The translations under genes and the position numbers were made by a program. From the IMG/VR virus record IMGVR_UViG_3300029305_009755: 64,000 bases of DNA. One strand, given 5' to 3'. The notes beneath the pieces were generated by a model. It ran no database searches and was not told the origin of the DNA. It saw only the letters and a program-made list of their open reading frames with translations. Origin of the DNA: an uncultured virus (IMG/VR IMGVR_UViG_3300029305_009755) (lineage: Duplodnaviria > Heunggongvirae > Uroviricota > Caudoviricetes). Positions 9,272 through 19,743 of this stretch are shown piece after piece. Within the stretch, counting starts at the first letter, position 1; each line of letters begins with the position of its first letter.

Positions 9272-12200
9272 TCAATAGAACACGAGCACGACGAGACCGT
9301 CGCCCCCATCTCCCTGAGCATGTCCACTATCATCGAAATCGATATCGCCCGAACCTGAACCTCCTCCGCCCCCGAGGATTCCATCCTTACCCCTGCCCTT
9401 GCAGGTTCCGTTACCTCCTTTCGATTCGAAGTGCCTCTTGGTGGTGCCCACGCGGACATCATGGTTGAGTGCGGCTGCTCCTCCTCCTGCCCCTCCTGCA
9501 TGATAGATATTATTAGCGGCATCGGATCTTGGTTTGGCACCTACACCTACATTGGCTTCGATATTGGGTGAACCTGTCTTACCGTTTCCACCCACTCCGC
9601 CTTTGATTCCGCTACCGCTTTTCTCGTACCCGGTAACGGAACCTCCTGCGTAAATCCTTTCTCCTCCGGACACTTCTTTCCCGAAATAGCTCCAGTAGGG
9701 AGCACCTTTGCCTCCATCTCCTCCCTGAGCCTCGATGAATCTGATATCCTCTATGTAGATCGATGTGGTTCCTCCATCCTGTCCATCGGCACCGCTGGTT
9801 CCATCTGCGTTCGGACGTCCGCTTCCACCCTTTCCCACTGTATATGTGATGTTCTGTCCGTATGATACGGAGAAGGTGTTCTGTACAACATCCCCGGAAC
9901 CTCCTGCCCCTCCTGCGGAGTTGTATCCGAATACGAAGAAGGCTTCTACACGGGAATCGACCCCTCCGCCGCATCCACCTCCGCCTCCTACTGCGAGGAC
10001 CATCATGCGTGTGATGTCCTGAGATGTGATCCTGATTCCTGTATCGGCAGAATAGGATATCCCCGTACCCAGCATCTCTGTGAGAGTGTTGTCTCCTGCG
10101 ACAGAGGATATGATTGCGGCTTTGGGTGGAACCCATTGTCCGTACAACACCAACTCGGTGTCGGGAACCTCGATGGGCACCCCTGGTTCATATCTGGTAC
10201 CTGTACCAGATGCCTGGGTGTTCCATGAATCGAATGCGTATCCGTCCGCATCCCAGAACGATGGGAATATCGGAATAGGCATGATGGTTCCCTTAGGGTA
10301 CCATTTCTCCGTGATAACGTCCGTGGATTGATCGGGGACATTCGATATCAGCTTGAAACAGGTCTTGCCCACAGTGGATCCCTCATCATCCATGCGTGCA
10401 ACCGTGAACGGGATGGTCAGGGTGAGTTTCTGCACCGAGAAGTTCGGGGAAAGGGTTCCGGTGACGAACACGTTCTCATCGATCTCCGGATAGAGGTCGT
10501 CATCCAGAGGATTGTACTTCAATCTGACGCCCCCTACCTGCTCGAACGACCTGTAATCGCATCCTAGGTTCTGCCAGAAGTCCAATGCATGCTCCAGTTC
10601 CGTGTACCATTTCCCATTGCTCCAATCACGGTCATCATCCGACGAATCATCATAAGGGAACGGGTTCTCACGGGTCAGGGACAGGTTTATCCTGCGGACG
10701 GTTCCAAGGTCCATCACGAACCTGTTGTCCACTCCGTATATCACGGTGGATATGCGCGTGAGCTGTGCAGTATAGGAATCCTCGATATCTGTGACATGAT
10801 CCAGATGGATTACTCTGGTCCTGCCATCATATGAAACCTGTATAAATGCGCCCTCCTCGTCCTGCGGTCTAACCCAGGCTGCCTTTAACCTGGTGCTACG
10901 GTCAGGGACGAATCTGGCTCCATAGGAACCCACGATCTTCCCGCTATCATCCGCCCATCCTGACATCACATATCCTGAACGGACTGCAGATGGTAGTTTG
11001 ACCGAACCTCCCTCCTGGACGGTATCGGATGCTCTGTCGGGAGTGCCTCCGTTACCATCGTATGTGATGGTGTACTTAGTAGAGTTAGATACGACCGTAA
11101 CCTTGACGGGTTTGGACTGTGCGGTCTCTGTCTTAAGGTAGAAGGATATATCTCCCTCTCCGACACCCGTAACCCTGACACGTCCCCCTCCGGAGGTTAT
11201 GGTTGCAACATCGATGTTCAGGGAATCCGCAGAGGTGCCGTATATCTCCACCCTGCGACCCGCATTGGCATCCTCGGGAAGGAGGGTGTAGGTGAACTCG
11301 GTGGATCTACCGACCTTGATGGTCGCCGCGGTCCTGTCGAGTTCGATGGTCTCCACGGGGATGATCTCATCGACCACCTCGAAGAGTACGGTCTTAACGA
11401 TCTCTCCTGCGGTAAGCGTTATCGGATACTGTCCGACCTTACCTGCACCGTTGGCGGTAACATAGATTGTGTGGGGGTTCTCCTGGGTCTTGTTGACATA
11501 ATAGTAGTCATCACTATCTATCTCCAATTCCAGGGTGTCGTTGGAATCCTCGGGGATGACCGTTGCAGTGAACTCGGCATTATATCCGATTGCCGTGGTG
11601 AGACGACCGTCATATGTGGAATCCTCTTCCACTCCTTCCAGAAGGATGTCCTCTGCCTTGATGTATTTCACAACGATGTCCTTGTATGCGGTGAAATCCG
11701 CACAGGTCACGGAGATACGTGCTATCTCCTCTTTCTTCACATCGTTGGTGTTGACTCTGCAGGTCTTCTTATCGTGATTGGATATGCCTATCGTTCCGCT
11801 GACCCTGTTCCACTCATAGGTCAATCCTGATAGGTTGCCCGCGGCTATGGTGGGCATCGCAGTGTATTCCTGAATGCCATCGGCCCTCATCTCGTCTGGA
11901 CCGCTGATGACCAGCCCTGAGAGCAATGCCTCCTTGACCGAGACGGTCATCGAATCCGAATTGGCCCCGTAGGATGCTTTGATGACGAACGATGCGGGGG
12001 TCAGATCGCTGGTGATGGATAGGTTGACCCTACATGTGTTCCCACTGGGGTAGTATCCCCCACTGCAGTTGTTGTATTCGGTGATCTGCCATTTGACGGT
12101 TTCACTGCAATCCGCAGTGAATGTCGCATCCTCTCCATTATAGACTGTGGAGGGTCCGCTGATATCGACAGATACCGCAGATGAATCATAGACACTCACC

Positions 12201-13063
12201 GCGGTAGTGCCTACGGACTTACCGTAAACCGACCAGGTGATGGTTGCTGATCCCTCTCCCTTACCTGTAATTGTGAAGTTGACACTGTTGGTATCCGAAC
12301 CATTAGAGGATACGGTTGCAATGGATGAACTGGATGAACTCCCAGATATGGATGGAACAGAGGAGATATCCGTAGGCGAGAATGACACCGAGACATTCCT
12401 GGTTTCCCCTATTGCGATGGAGATGGAGTCTGGAGGGTTGAATGACGTGGCCGTCCTGACATTGGTCACGGTCTTGGATGCTGACTCCCCTGTAGCCGAG
12501 TTCGTGGCAGTGATGGTGTATGTGAAATCATAGTTCCTGTAGATACTCACATACGCATATCTGCTCTCATAGGACTCGATGTCCGCATAGTTATCCTGAG
12601 ATGATGTCCAATCCACCGCATCGTAATCGGAGAACCCTGAGATGGTGAACTTGTACTGCCCCTTGCAGTTCTCCTCCAGCATGGATGTCGTGGATGGACC
12701 TAACATGGAGGGTGATGAGGATGAACCTCCTCCCGAACCGCTTCCACTACCACCTGAATCATCACCGCCATCACCCCCTCCAGAATCCCCACCTCCGCTG
12801 GAGGTTCCGTTGACCTTGACTGAAACTGTCTTCCCATTGGTAAGGGTTAATTTGGTGGAACCTGGGGACAGACCTGTGACTGTAACAGAGACTGTCTTGG
12901 CCCCGGTAGTAGACCATGATACAGAGGCTATGGAAGAATCGTCTGCGGATATGTCGAACCCCGAACCGCTTACCTGAACATTGAGACCAATACGGACCTC
13001 TCCGGATTCCCCGACGTCAAGAGTCAGACTTGTAGGGGATATCGCAGATGTGTAACTTGCCAT
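9272..13063 (-). CDS. Distal-tail / adhesin fusion: Ig-like (Big_2) repeats, InlB B-repeats, Dit-like domain, C-terminal Gly-rich domain
   Basis: SSIA.VS..V.G...G.T.IT Ig repeats; TITYDGNGG..GY...GW; GYAFDSWNTQASGTG; VGGGGG..GGAGGSG; directly after tape measure. Confidence 0.65.
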   Translation of the reverse strand: MASYTSAISPTSLTLDVGESGEVRIGLNVQVSGSGFDISADDSSIASVSWSTTGAKTVSVTVTGLSPGSTKLTLTNGKTVSVKVNGTSSGGGDSGGGDGGDDSGGSGSGSGGGSSSSPSMLGPSTTSMLEENCKGQYKFTISGFSDYDAVDWTSSQDNYADIESYESRYAYVSIYRNYDFTYTITATNSATGESASKTVTNVRTATSFNPPDSISIAIGETRNVSVSFSPTDISSVPSISGSSSSSSIATVSSNGSDTNSVNFTITGKGEGSATITWSVYGKSVGTTAVSVYDSSAVSVDISGPSTVYNGEDATFTADCSETVKWQITEYNNCSGGYYPSGNTCRVNLSITSDLTPASFVIKASYGANSDSMTVSVKEALLSGLVISGPDEMRADGIQEYTAMPTIAAGNLSGLTYEWNRVSGTIGISNHDKKTCRVNTNDVKKEEIARISVTCADFTAYKDIVVKYIKAEDILLEGVEEDSTYDGRLTTAIGYNAEFTATVIPEDSNDTLELEIDSDDYYYVNKTQENPHTIYVTANGAGKVGQYPITLTAGEIVKTVLFEVVDEIIPVETIELDRTAATIKVGRSTEFTYTLLPEDANAGRRVEIYGTSADSLNIDVATITSGGGRVRVTGVGEGDISFYLKTETAQSKPVKVTVVSNSTKYTITYDGNGGTPDRASDTVQEGGSVKLPSAVRSGYVMSGWADDSGKIVGSYGARFVPDRSTRLKAAWVRPQDEEGAFIQVSYDGRTRVIHLDHVTDIEDSYTAQLTRISTVIYGVDNRFVMDLGTVRRINLSLTRENPFPYDDSSDDDRDWSNGKWYTELEHALDFWQNLGCDYRSFEQVGGVRLKYNPLDDDLYPEIDENVFVTGTLSPNFSVQKLTLTIPFTVARMDDEGSTVGKTCFKLISNVPDQSTDVITEKWYPKGTIMPIPIFPSFWDADGYAFDSWNTQASGTGTRYEPGVPIEVPDTELVLYGQWVPPKAAIISSVAGDNTLTEMLGTGISYSADTGIRITSQDITRMMVLAVGGGGGCGGGVDSRVEAFFVFGYNSAGGAGGSGDVVQNTFSVSYGQNITYTVGKGGSGRPNADGTSGADGQDGGTTSIYIEDIRFIEAQGGDGGKGAPYWSYFGKEVSGGERIYAGGSVTGYEKSGSGIKGGVGGNGKTGSPNIEANVGVGAKPRSDAANNIYHAGGAGGGAAALNHDVRVGTTKRHFESKGGNGTCKGRGKDGILGGGGGSGSGDIDFDDSGHAQGDGGDGLVVLVFY

Positions 13064-14322
13064 CAGAATGCCCCCGAGATACGGCTTCTGGAAACTGCCG
13101 TGTTGACTGTATCATTGATCTTCTCTACTAATTCCGATTCGTTGTATCCGTAGAAGTTGTTGTTGATGGTTATACCTCCGCCCATCTTATCCATCTTCGA
13201 TTCAGGGATGATGTACTCCCCCTCTCCGCGCTCGGATACGATCCTCAATGCACCTCCGGTCGTTGGAGGCACATATGTTCCATCGCCATTGGATTCCACA
13301 CCGGCCAGGATCAGTTCTGTACCCAGGAATCCGGCACCGCCTCCCAGCAACGTTCCGACCGCGGCCCCTACGGGTCCGAATGCTCCACCGATCGTTGCTC
13401 CCAGCTGTGCGGTCTGGAACCCGACGTACAGGGATATGAAATGCTCCCAGTTCCTCATGAAGAAGCCTGCGAAATCGAACACGACGTTCAACAGAGCCTC
13501 TCCATCCTCCTTGATGAAGCTTCCGAGCTCCTGAAGGAACTCTCCGATGCTTCCGACCACGCCGGTCTCCTCTGCAAGGGTGTCTCCGATGTTTATGAGA
13601 TAATCTCCGAAGATCCTGGTGCCCTGCTCTATGGCATATTCGACAGCTTCACCGATGGTCATGTTGTCGAATGCATCCCAGATATCCATGACCTGATCCA
13701 ACAGGTCTATCGTAGCTGGGATGAGCTGTTCTCCGATCTTGTTCCCCAGCGGCATCAGGAACATCTGTACTGCGAGGTTGAAGAGGGACTCCACCGCCTG
13801 GAGAAGCGGTGAAGCCTGTTTCATCTGGTTCAGCATGGATTCCAGGAATCCGGTAGCAGACCTTCCGAGGGTCAGCAGTGTGCCCACGGTGGCTGTGGTG
13901 ACTGCCAGACCTGCCTGTATGCGCTGGAGGGTGCGGTTACGCTGTTGGTTCTCGGAATCATCGCCTTTTTCAGCATCATCGGACTTCTTTTCAGACCTGT
14001 TCTGGAGACGTCTGGGCAGGATTCCGCCCCCATCACCCCCTCCACGGCCATCCTGGGCGTCCACTCTTCCTGAGATCACATCTTTTATGATTTCAAGGAT
14101 GGATCTGGCCTTGACTACCTCTTCTTTGACCTCTTCTCTCTGGGATGCTTCCTCTTCCACCCGATTTTCTGTGTTATTTGTGTCGGTTGTCCCTCCTCCA
14201 GGAGCACTTTGGCCCCCGGAGGTGTTCAGATTGAGGTTCAATCCCTGAGAAAGTACTTGTTGAAGCTCTGAAAGGTCCAATTTGGGCCTGATTACCGCTG
14301 TAAGCGTGCGTTCTTCTGCCAT
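13063..14322 (-). CDS. Short tape measure protein
   Basis: Follows chaperone pair; amphipathic helices, GA.IGG.FGPVGA.VG stretch, C-terminal G.Y...E.GEGEYIIP..K..GG.TINNNFYG motif. Confidence 0.7.
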   Translation of the reverse strand: MAEERTLTAVIRPKLDLSELQQVLSQGLNLNLNTSGGQSAPGGGTTDTNNTENRVEEEASQREEVKEEVVKARSILEIIKDVISGRVDAQDGRGGGDGGGILPRRLQNRSEKKSDDAEKGDDSENQQRNRTLQRIQAGLAVTTATVGTLLTLGRSATGFLESMLNQMKQASPLLQAVESLFNLAVQMFLMPLGNKIGEQLIPATIDLLDQVMDIWDAFDNMTIGEAVEYAIEQGTRIFGDYLINIGDTLAEETGVVGSIGEFLQELGSFIKEDGEALLNVVFDFAGFFMRNWEHFISLYVGFQTAQLGATIGGAFGPVGAAVGTLLGGGAGFLGTELILAGVESNGDGTYVPPTTGGALRIVSERGEGEYIIPESKMDKMGGGITINNNFYGYNESELVEKINDTVNTAVSRSRISGAF

Positions 14323-14345
14323 TTATGCCACCATTCCTATAAAAA

Positions 14346-14600
14346 TCACATTTCTAAGTCTGATTTAGACTGTAAAACGAGGTCTCTGGCTTTCAATGCA
14401 CGCTGAGTGGACATCATTATCTGGATATCCTGTATATTCAGGTCCAAGAAATCGTCCTTTCTGCCTCCATTGGACAGGTAAAGTCCATATGCACAGAGTA
14501 TCACGGTCTCATTGGACATCGATTCCCCGCTCGAGACCGCTTCCTCGTACAATCTCAATCCGATTTCGGGGTCGTCGTATCCACCGATAATTCCAAAGGG
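14346..14600 (-). CDS. Tail assembly chaperone C-terminal (T) segment reached by -1 frameshift
   Basis: Overlaps end of 14555-14944 in the -1 frame; slippery CCCTTTG at 14594-14600. Confidence 0.65.
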   Translation of the reverse strand, partial: PFGIIGGYDDPEIGLRLYEEAVSSGESMSNETVILCAYGLYLSNGGRKDDFLDLNIQDIQIMMSTQRALKARDLVLQSKSDLEM

Positions 14601-14944
14601 TTGCATTCCCCCTTATCGATGCTCTCGATTGCCAATCTCATGTCATCATAAAGCCTGACGGAGATGCCTGCCTCCTTCTCCTCCAATCCATCACAGTACT
14701 CAAGGAAGGATTCCATATCTGTTTTGAAGGGCGCGGACCTGACATATGTGAGAACGGACATGAGTTCCATGTCCCCCACCTCCACATCCATGGTGGTTCC
14801 TGCGGAAGATGCCTTCACCTTGGCAACCTTGTTCCTCATATCTATCAGTTTCCTGAGAGATGGCGGGGCGAGGATGAGCTCGCCCTTGCCACCATATGAT
14901 TTCAGATCCAATGCAATCGTCGATACGTTCTTCGCATTCTTCAT
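14555..14944 (-). CDS. Tail assembly chaperone (G)
   Basis: Between tail tube and tape measure genes; 129 aa. Confidence 0.65.
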   Translation of the reverse strand: MKNAKNVSTIALDLKSYGGKGELILAPPSLRKLIDMRNKVAKVKASSAGTTMDVEVGDMELMSVLTYVRSAPFKTDMESFLEYCDGLEEKEAGISVRLYDDMRLAIESIDKGECNPLELSVDTTTPKSD

Positions 14945-16080
14945 GTAGTCGGCTCCTGTGCCTCCTCATCCTCCGTTACATCGGTTGTTCCGGAAGAGAT
15001 TGTGGTCACAGCATGGGAATTGGCAGAGGTCCATAAATTATCTTTGGATGGAGCTGTGGGACTTTTGATGTCGAGTGTGATGAGTTTGACATCGGTGCTG
15101 TTGATCTGATCCATCAGCTTGCTTCCATCCCCCTTCTGCCAGGTCAGGGATTTGATGACCACATCCTCCAGGGAGAATTTGGCAGAGTATTCGGAGCCGG
15201 TGTATGCATCAGCGACTTTTCCCCCGAGATCCATGTACTCGTTGCTGAATGAGACCATGTACATCATATCCACAGGCTGAAGGCCCTTGGAAGCGGGGGA
15301 TGTGCGGGTGTTGGTGTGTCCTCCCGAGTACAACCTCTGTTTGTATTTGGAAGGATCGTCGGAGTAGGCGGTCGTACCGAAGTTGTATGTGGTGTTACCC
15401 TCATGGTATGTGGATGCCACAGGACTGCATGTGGAGTATATCGCAGATGCCTTGTTCTCGATGGCGATGTTCATGGACTCCGTGTTGGCAACATATCCGT
15501 CATTGGTGATCTCATCTACGAACAGGCATGAGAACTCGACGATTCTGCCTGTATAGGGTTTGTAATCCGTTGCAAGCAGGTCATCCAAGGACATCTGCTC
15601 TGTGGCGTAGAATCCGGTCAGGGTGACATTCATCTCGGATGTCCCGGCACTCTTGGACACCCTCATGTTCCTGACGACACATCCCTTCAGGACGACCGTC
15701 TCATCCTTGGATGAGGGTTTTGCGATCCTGTTGAGCTGTTTCTTCATCACGGTGAATGAAGGTACACGGTCGTTGTTCGCTTTGGCGAAATGATGGGTAT
15801 TGGTGGACGCGTCGTATTTATGATCCTCGAACACGAGTGCCATGGGCTCCAGGTAATCATAATCCATGGTGAATGTCCACTCCCATGAACCGGTGATGGC
15901 ACCGTATGCCACGTCGTCCCACGTCTTGTTTCCCGCGGATTGCAACTTGCTCACGGAACGTGAGTGTGTGAAGTTGAAGAACGAGCCCACGGGCGGGGAT
16001 ATCCACATGCTATCGGCGGGTTTGCCGCCTCCGAAGGAATCTTCCTTACAGTATACGAAGGAAGTACGGATCCCTGTCAT
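14941..16080 (-). CDS. Major tail tube protein
   Basis: Y.KE.SFG..P start, HHF....PSFTV.K, .KGCVV.NM.V tube-protein pattern; synteny. Confidence 0.7.
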   Translation of the reverse strand: MTGIRTSFVYCKEDSFGGGKPADSMWISPPVGSFFNFTHSRSVSKLQSAGNKTWDDVAYGAITGSWEWTFTMDYDYLEPMALVFEDHKYDASTNTHHFAKANNDRVPSFTVMKKQLNRIAKPSSKDETVVLKGCVVRNMRVSKSAGTSEMNVTLTGFYATEQMSLDDLLATDYKPYTGRIVEFSCLFVDEITNDGYVANTESMNIAIENKASAIYSTCSPVASTYHEGNTTYNFGTTAYSDDPSKYKQRLYSGGHTNTRTSPASKGLQPVDMMYMVSFSNEYMDLGGKVADAYTGSEYSAKFSLEDVVIKSLTWQKGDGSKLMDQINSTDVKLITLDIKSPTAPSKDNLWTSANSHAVTTISSGTTDVTEDEEAQEPTT

Positions 16081-16652
16081 TGCAGGCCTCCCAGAGTCGT
16101 GTCAAAAGTACGCATGCCATCGCAATCGCAATCGTGGTATTTAGATTCGGGTGGAAAATCCACGCACTCCACGATCTTGTTTATCTCATCACCCATCCCT
16201 GCTGAACGTATAGGGGTGTTGTGAGATACCAGTCTGGCCTCTATCGTCGTGGTGTACCATCCAGACAGGTCATTGGTCTTACGTATCGCAAGGGGTTCCA
16301 TATAGGTATATGGTCCCAGAACACATTTGCCGACCCTGCGGTTGGCCATGATGATGCGGAGGATCTCGTTGCACCACATCCTGTGGAACTCCCTGACGCG
16401 TGCAGATACCCGGAATGACGCATAGGTGGTCAATCCGACTGCATTGTAATCGGTGGTATTGATCTGCGGACTGGAGGATGTCGTATAGATGTATATGGAT
16501 CCGACTCCTGCATTGACCATGTAGGATTCCGGCTCGTATTGGATGACCGGTTCATATCCTATCGGGAGGGACCACTGATCCTTGAGGAGTTCGGCCAACA
16601 TCCTCTCGTCATCCGGATAGAACTCGGTCTCCTGCACAGGTTCATCGTACAT
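16077..16652 (-). CDS. Tail terminator / completion protein
   Basis: LL...W start, EI.RII motif, position upstream of tube gene. Confidence 0.5.
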   Translation of the reverse strand: MYDEPVQETEFYPDDERMLAELLKDQWSLPIGYEPVIQYEPESYMVNAGVGSIYIYTTSSSPQINTTDYNAVGLTTYASFRVSARVREFHRMWCNEILRIIMANRRVGKCVLGPYTYMEPLAIRKTNDLSGWYTTTIEARLVSHNTPIRSAGMGDEINKIVECVDFPPESKYHDCDCDGMRTFDTTLGGLQ

Positions 16653-16656
16653 GGAC

Positions 16657-17406
16657 TCACCTCAGGAGGCTGTGCACGGATCCGGAACGCTGGTATGCCG
16701 AATACAACTGGGCCTTCTCCTCTGCCCAGTTACGGAGGAGGGAATCCTTGATTCCTGCGGAATCTCCGCCCATACCCACCTTGATGTCGAAAATGGAGCC
16801 TGTAAGGACCCTGGTGGCAGCTTCCAGCTCACACAATCTGCGGATACCTTCGGGCACAGGGGTCTCGGTACCGTAACGATACGATATCCTCAATGCATTG
16901 GGTCTGCGCTGGAACAGATGGGTCCTGATGTAAAGTTTGCCCATGGGGTAGTCGAACCAGAATGATACGTGGCGTTTAGTGGGACCTGTCGCGTTGTCGT
17001 TGGTGTTTATGGTGTCGGTGACATCCATCCATGCATTCGAGTGCACACGGATCTCCAGTTTGTCTCCTTGCTCAGGATCCCACGGGAGGATGTCCTTCCT
17101 GAGTTGAACATAATCTCCGCCCTCTATATAGAATTGGGACCTGGTACCGTTCTGATCGGCCCAATAGTCCTTGATGGAGGTCTGGTGATCCTTGACGTAG
17201 TTGACCCTCCAGGTCCTGCGTGTGCGCTGGTCTATCATGTCCTCAGCACCCATGATGTACTTCTGCACCCTATCATAGGTGGGATTGCTCACTTCTGAGA
17301 AACGGAATATATCCTGGGGATTATCTCTGCTGGGTAGGCCCAGGGTCTCTTCCACATCCTGCACGGTGCAGTAGGTGGGTCCTATGGATTGATCGACGTA
17401 TTGCAT
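16657..17406 (-). CDS. Head-tail adaptor protein
   Basis: YCTV.DV start, I..AE..ID..T.R, I.Y.YG...VP..I..L motif typical of gp6/gp15-like adaptors. Confidence 0.65.
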   Translation of the reverse strand: MQYVDQSIGPTYCTVQDVEETLGLPSRDNPQDIFRFSEVSNPTYDRVQKYIMGAEDMIDQRTRRTWRVNYVKDHQTSIKDYWADQNGTRSQFYIEGGDYVQLRKDILPWDPEQGDKLEIRVHSNAWMDVTDTINTNDNATGPTKRHVSFWFDYPMGKLYIRTHLFQRRPNALRISYRYGTETPVPEGIRRLCELEAATRVLTGSIFDIKVGMGGDSAGIKDSLLRNWAEEKAQLYSAYQRSGSVHSLLR

Positions 17407-17446
17407 GCATCCGCATCAACGTCATTTAAAAAAAAGATTGGGGGGA

Positions 17447-17746
17447 TTACCCCTGGGAATCAAGTTCCCTGTCGATTTCATCGAGCAGTTTCTCCACACT
17501 CACCGTGGATGTGGGAAACAGGAACCTCCCCCCTGCAGCTTCGATCTGCATCTTCCTGTCTTTCTGTGCCTGGCTGGGGCGGCCGTTGAAGTACTTGCCT
17601 TCCAGGCCGATGTATTTCTCCCTGTAACAGACCACTATGTCCGGATCACCGGGTTTGGAATACGGCCCTCCTGTGATGTCGGACCAGAATCCGCCCCTGG
17701 CTACGATGAGCTTCTTTATCTCTTTCTTGACATCACTTTCAACCAT
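17447..17746 (-). CDS. VRR-NUC nuclease / Holliday junction resolvase
   Basis: ES.V...I, G.PDI, ..GLE.K...G.PS..Q......I..AGG. Confidence 0.8.
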   Translation of the reverse strand: MVESDVKKEIKKLIVARGGFWSDITGGPYSKPGDPDIVVCYREKYIGLEGKYFNGRPSQAQKDRKMQIEAAGGRFLFPTSTVSVEKLLDEIDRELDSQG

Positions 17747-18104
17747 CCTCATCCTCCGGAGCTTCCAGTGTAGGGTCGTACTCGTATATTTTGAACCTGA
17801 GATCCTCTCCCACAGGCAACAGATCCCTGTATTCATGCGGTATGGTGATTGCCACAGTGTATCCCTTGCTCTTGCACTTGGTTACGAATGTCACAGGATC
17901 CTTCCACTTCTGACCTATCCTGGAGACGTTGACCTTCACGAATGTTCCAGGCTCGTAACCTTTGTTCATGGGCAGGTATACCACATAGGTTCCATTACCC
18001 ATGCTGGACATGTGTTTGATCATCTCTATCGGAGGCAGTTTGCGAAGTCTGACGACCTCATGTACCTCTTTTGCATTCATTATGAATTCTTCGGCATCGA
18101 ACAT
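17739..18104 (-). CDS. Double AbrB-like DNA-binding protein
   Basis: Two G...V.LP/TIP....L..G..V units. Confidence 0.45.
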   Translation of the reverse strand: MFDAEEFIMNAKEVHEVVRLRKLPPIEMIKHMSSMGNGTYVVYLPMNKGYEPGTFVKVNVSRIGQKWKDPVTFVTKCKSKGYTVAITIPHEYRDLLPVGEDLRFKIYEYDPTLEAPEDEDG

Positions 18105-18116
18105 CGTATCGCCTCC

Positions 18117-18141
18117 AGGGAGGGGTGTATGACCCCTCCCC
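18117..18141. terminator. Intergenic GC hairpin
   Basis: GGGAGGGGT-GTATG-ACCCCTCCC between 18148 stop and 18104 start. Confidence 0.4.
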
Positions 18142-18147
18142 TCGCCA

Positions 18148-18672
18148 TCAGGCGTCGTCCTCGGTGTGGTCGATGACCTCTACCATGGGCTGTTCTGTCT
18201 CGGGCTCGTAGACGGTTCCATCGTCGTTGTAATAGAACTGCTCGATGTCTGCAAGCATGGCCCAGTCCTGGGGGACGGGATCGAAGTGGTATGTCCTTGC
18301 ATAGACACGTCCGGATGCGGACTCCTTGACTGTCAGCTCGGTGCGGACAACTCCTCCGACGATGTCCACGGGGTTGGGAAGTCCCAGGAAATCGGGTCCG
18401 AAGAGGGCTCTTCCGATAGACTGCACGATGCCCCTCTGCTTCCTATCCTCGATGCGGACTGCATTTTCATTGATGTTGGTGATGAAGAACCTGAGATCGA
18501 ATACTGCATTGTTGACGAGATCCATACATGAGACTGTATAGACCTCTCTGAGAGAGCTGTCCTGGGCACATTCCGCGCCGACGATCTTGAGCATCCTGTC
18601 TCCGGCCTCGGGGGGGATCTCATCATAGTTTGTTCCGTTGCTGTACTGCCACTGAGTGATCTTGTATGCCAT
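18148..18672 (-). CDS. Putative single-stranded DNA-binding protein (DUF669-like)
   Basis: P..G...L.I..AE pattern, acidic C-terminus, follows ERF-YqaJ. Confidence 0.45.
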   Translation of the reverse strand: MAYKITQWQYSNGTNYDEIPPEAGDRMLKIVGAECAQDSSLREVYTVSCMDLVNNAVFDLRFFITNINENAVRIEDRKQRGIVQSIGRALFGPDFLGLPNPVDIVGGVVRTELTVKESASGRVYARTYHFDPVPQDWAMLADIEQFYYNDDGTVYEPETEQPMVEVIDHTEDDA

Positions 18673-19743
18673 TTACTGCACCTTCTTTTCTTTGATTGTA
18701 AACGATTTTGTGACTTTCTCGGTCATATAGGGTTCTGGGTCTATTCCTGCCTTGGATAGTTTGAGTGCGTCCACATTCCTTCTGGTAGTGGTGGTGATGA
18801 CTGCGAAGTATCTCCCTCCGGCACCATCCAGAGTGGTCTTGTTGTGCACGGTCATGTACTGTTTGATACGGTTGTTCAGCATCTCCTCCCTGTCTTCCAG
18901 AGGGGCGATCTGCCTCTTCACACGATCGATCTCCTCCCTGAGCTCGGCTCTTTGATCGATAAGATCCTGTATGGTCTCTTCGTCGCTGGTCAAGTTGAGC
19001 AGGTAGTCATACACCTCGATGTCACGAGGGTCTGTGGGATCATAATCGGGCGTGACTCCGTTCATGATGTATGTCTGGTACCACTCCTTGACCTTCACCA
19101 CTCCCTCTATGGCCTTGTCCGCATCCATTTCGATACGGAACACATTGACGTTCTCGTCTGTGAGCTCCCATGCGAGGGGGTCCTTATGTGTCTCCGAATC
19201 CACCATCCCGAGGATGACATAGGCTTCATAGGACTGTGTGATGAACAGATTGTAGAGTGCAACCTGCCACCAGTAGTACTCAGGGACTCCGTTGGCCCAT
19301 GACTCCCAGTTACCGGAGGTCTTGACCTCCAAGATGCTCATCAGACCATCATCATTCTGGACGATACCATCCACGTGACCTGCGAAGATCTCGTCATCGA
19401 AATCAGAGGCCCAGTCGTCGTGGTCTCCCTCACGTGCCCCGTAGATCTTCTCTGCAGGTATGAAGGTGCCATACTGGTGATAGCGCTCATTGGCGAATTC
19501 GATCAACCTCTCCTCCAGGACCTGTCCGGTAACCACAGGGGCCTTACCGGAGATATCCTCCCTGGTGAGTCCGAGCAGGGCACAGGCGGTCCTGAAAGGC
19601 GAGCTGAATGGGGATATGCCGAGGATGGGTGCCACGAATGTTCCGGACACCTTGTTCCTGATGGTTCCGTCGGTACGGATGTGTGCACCTTCGATGGTGT
19701 ATCCGCACTTGGGGGGCTCATACTTCCTCTGGGTAGCCATCAT
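18673..19743 (-). CDS. YqaJ / lambda-exonuclease family nuclease
   Basis: SGT....ILG.SPF.SP, G..LE, AGHVDG, ILEVKT, VP.YY.WQV..Y. Confidence 0.85.
   Translation of the reverse strand: MMATQRKYEPPKCGYTIEGAHIRTDGTIRNKVSGTFVAPILGISPFSSPFRTACALLGLTREDISGKAPVVTGQVLEERLIEFANERYHQYGTFIPAEKIYGAREGDHDDWASDFDDEIFAGHVDGIVQNDDGLMSILEVKTSGNWESWANGVPEYYWWQVALYNLFITQSYEAYVILGMVDSETHKDPLAWELTDENVNVFRIEMDADKAIEGVVKVKEWYQTYIMNGVTPDYDPTDPRDIEVYDYLLNLTSDEETIQDLIDQRAELREEIDRVKRQIAPLEDREEMLNNRIKQYMTVHNKTTLDGAGGRYFAVITTTTRRNVDALKLSKAGIDPEPYMTEKVTKSFTIKEKKVQ

Noticed and set aside
47..13063. Diversity-generating retroelement targeting adhesins or fibre
   Set aside because: No reverse transcriptase and no TR/VR pair with adenine-specific mismatches seen
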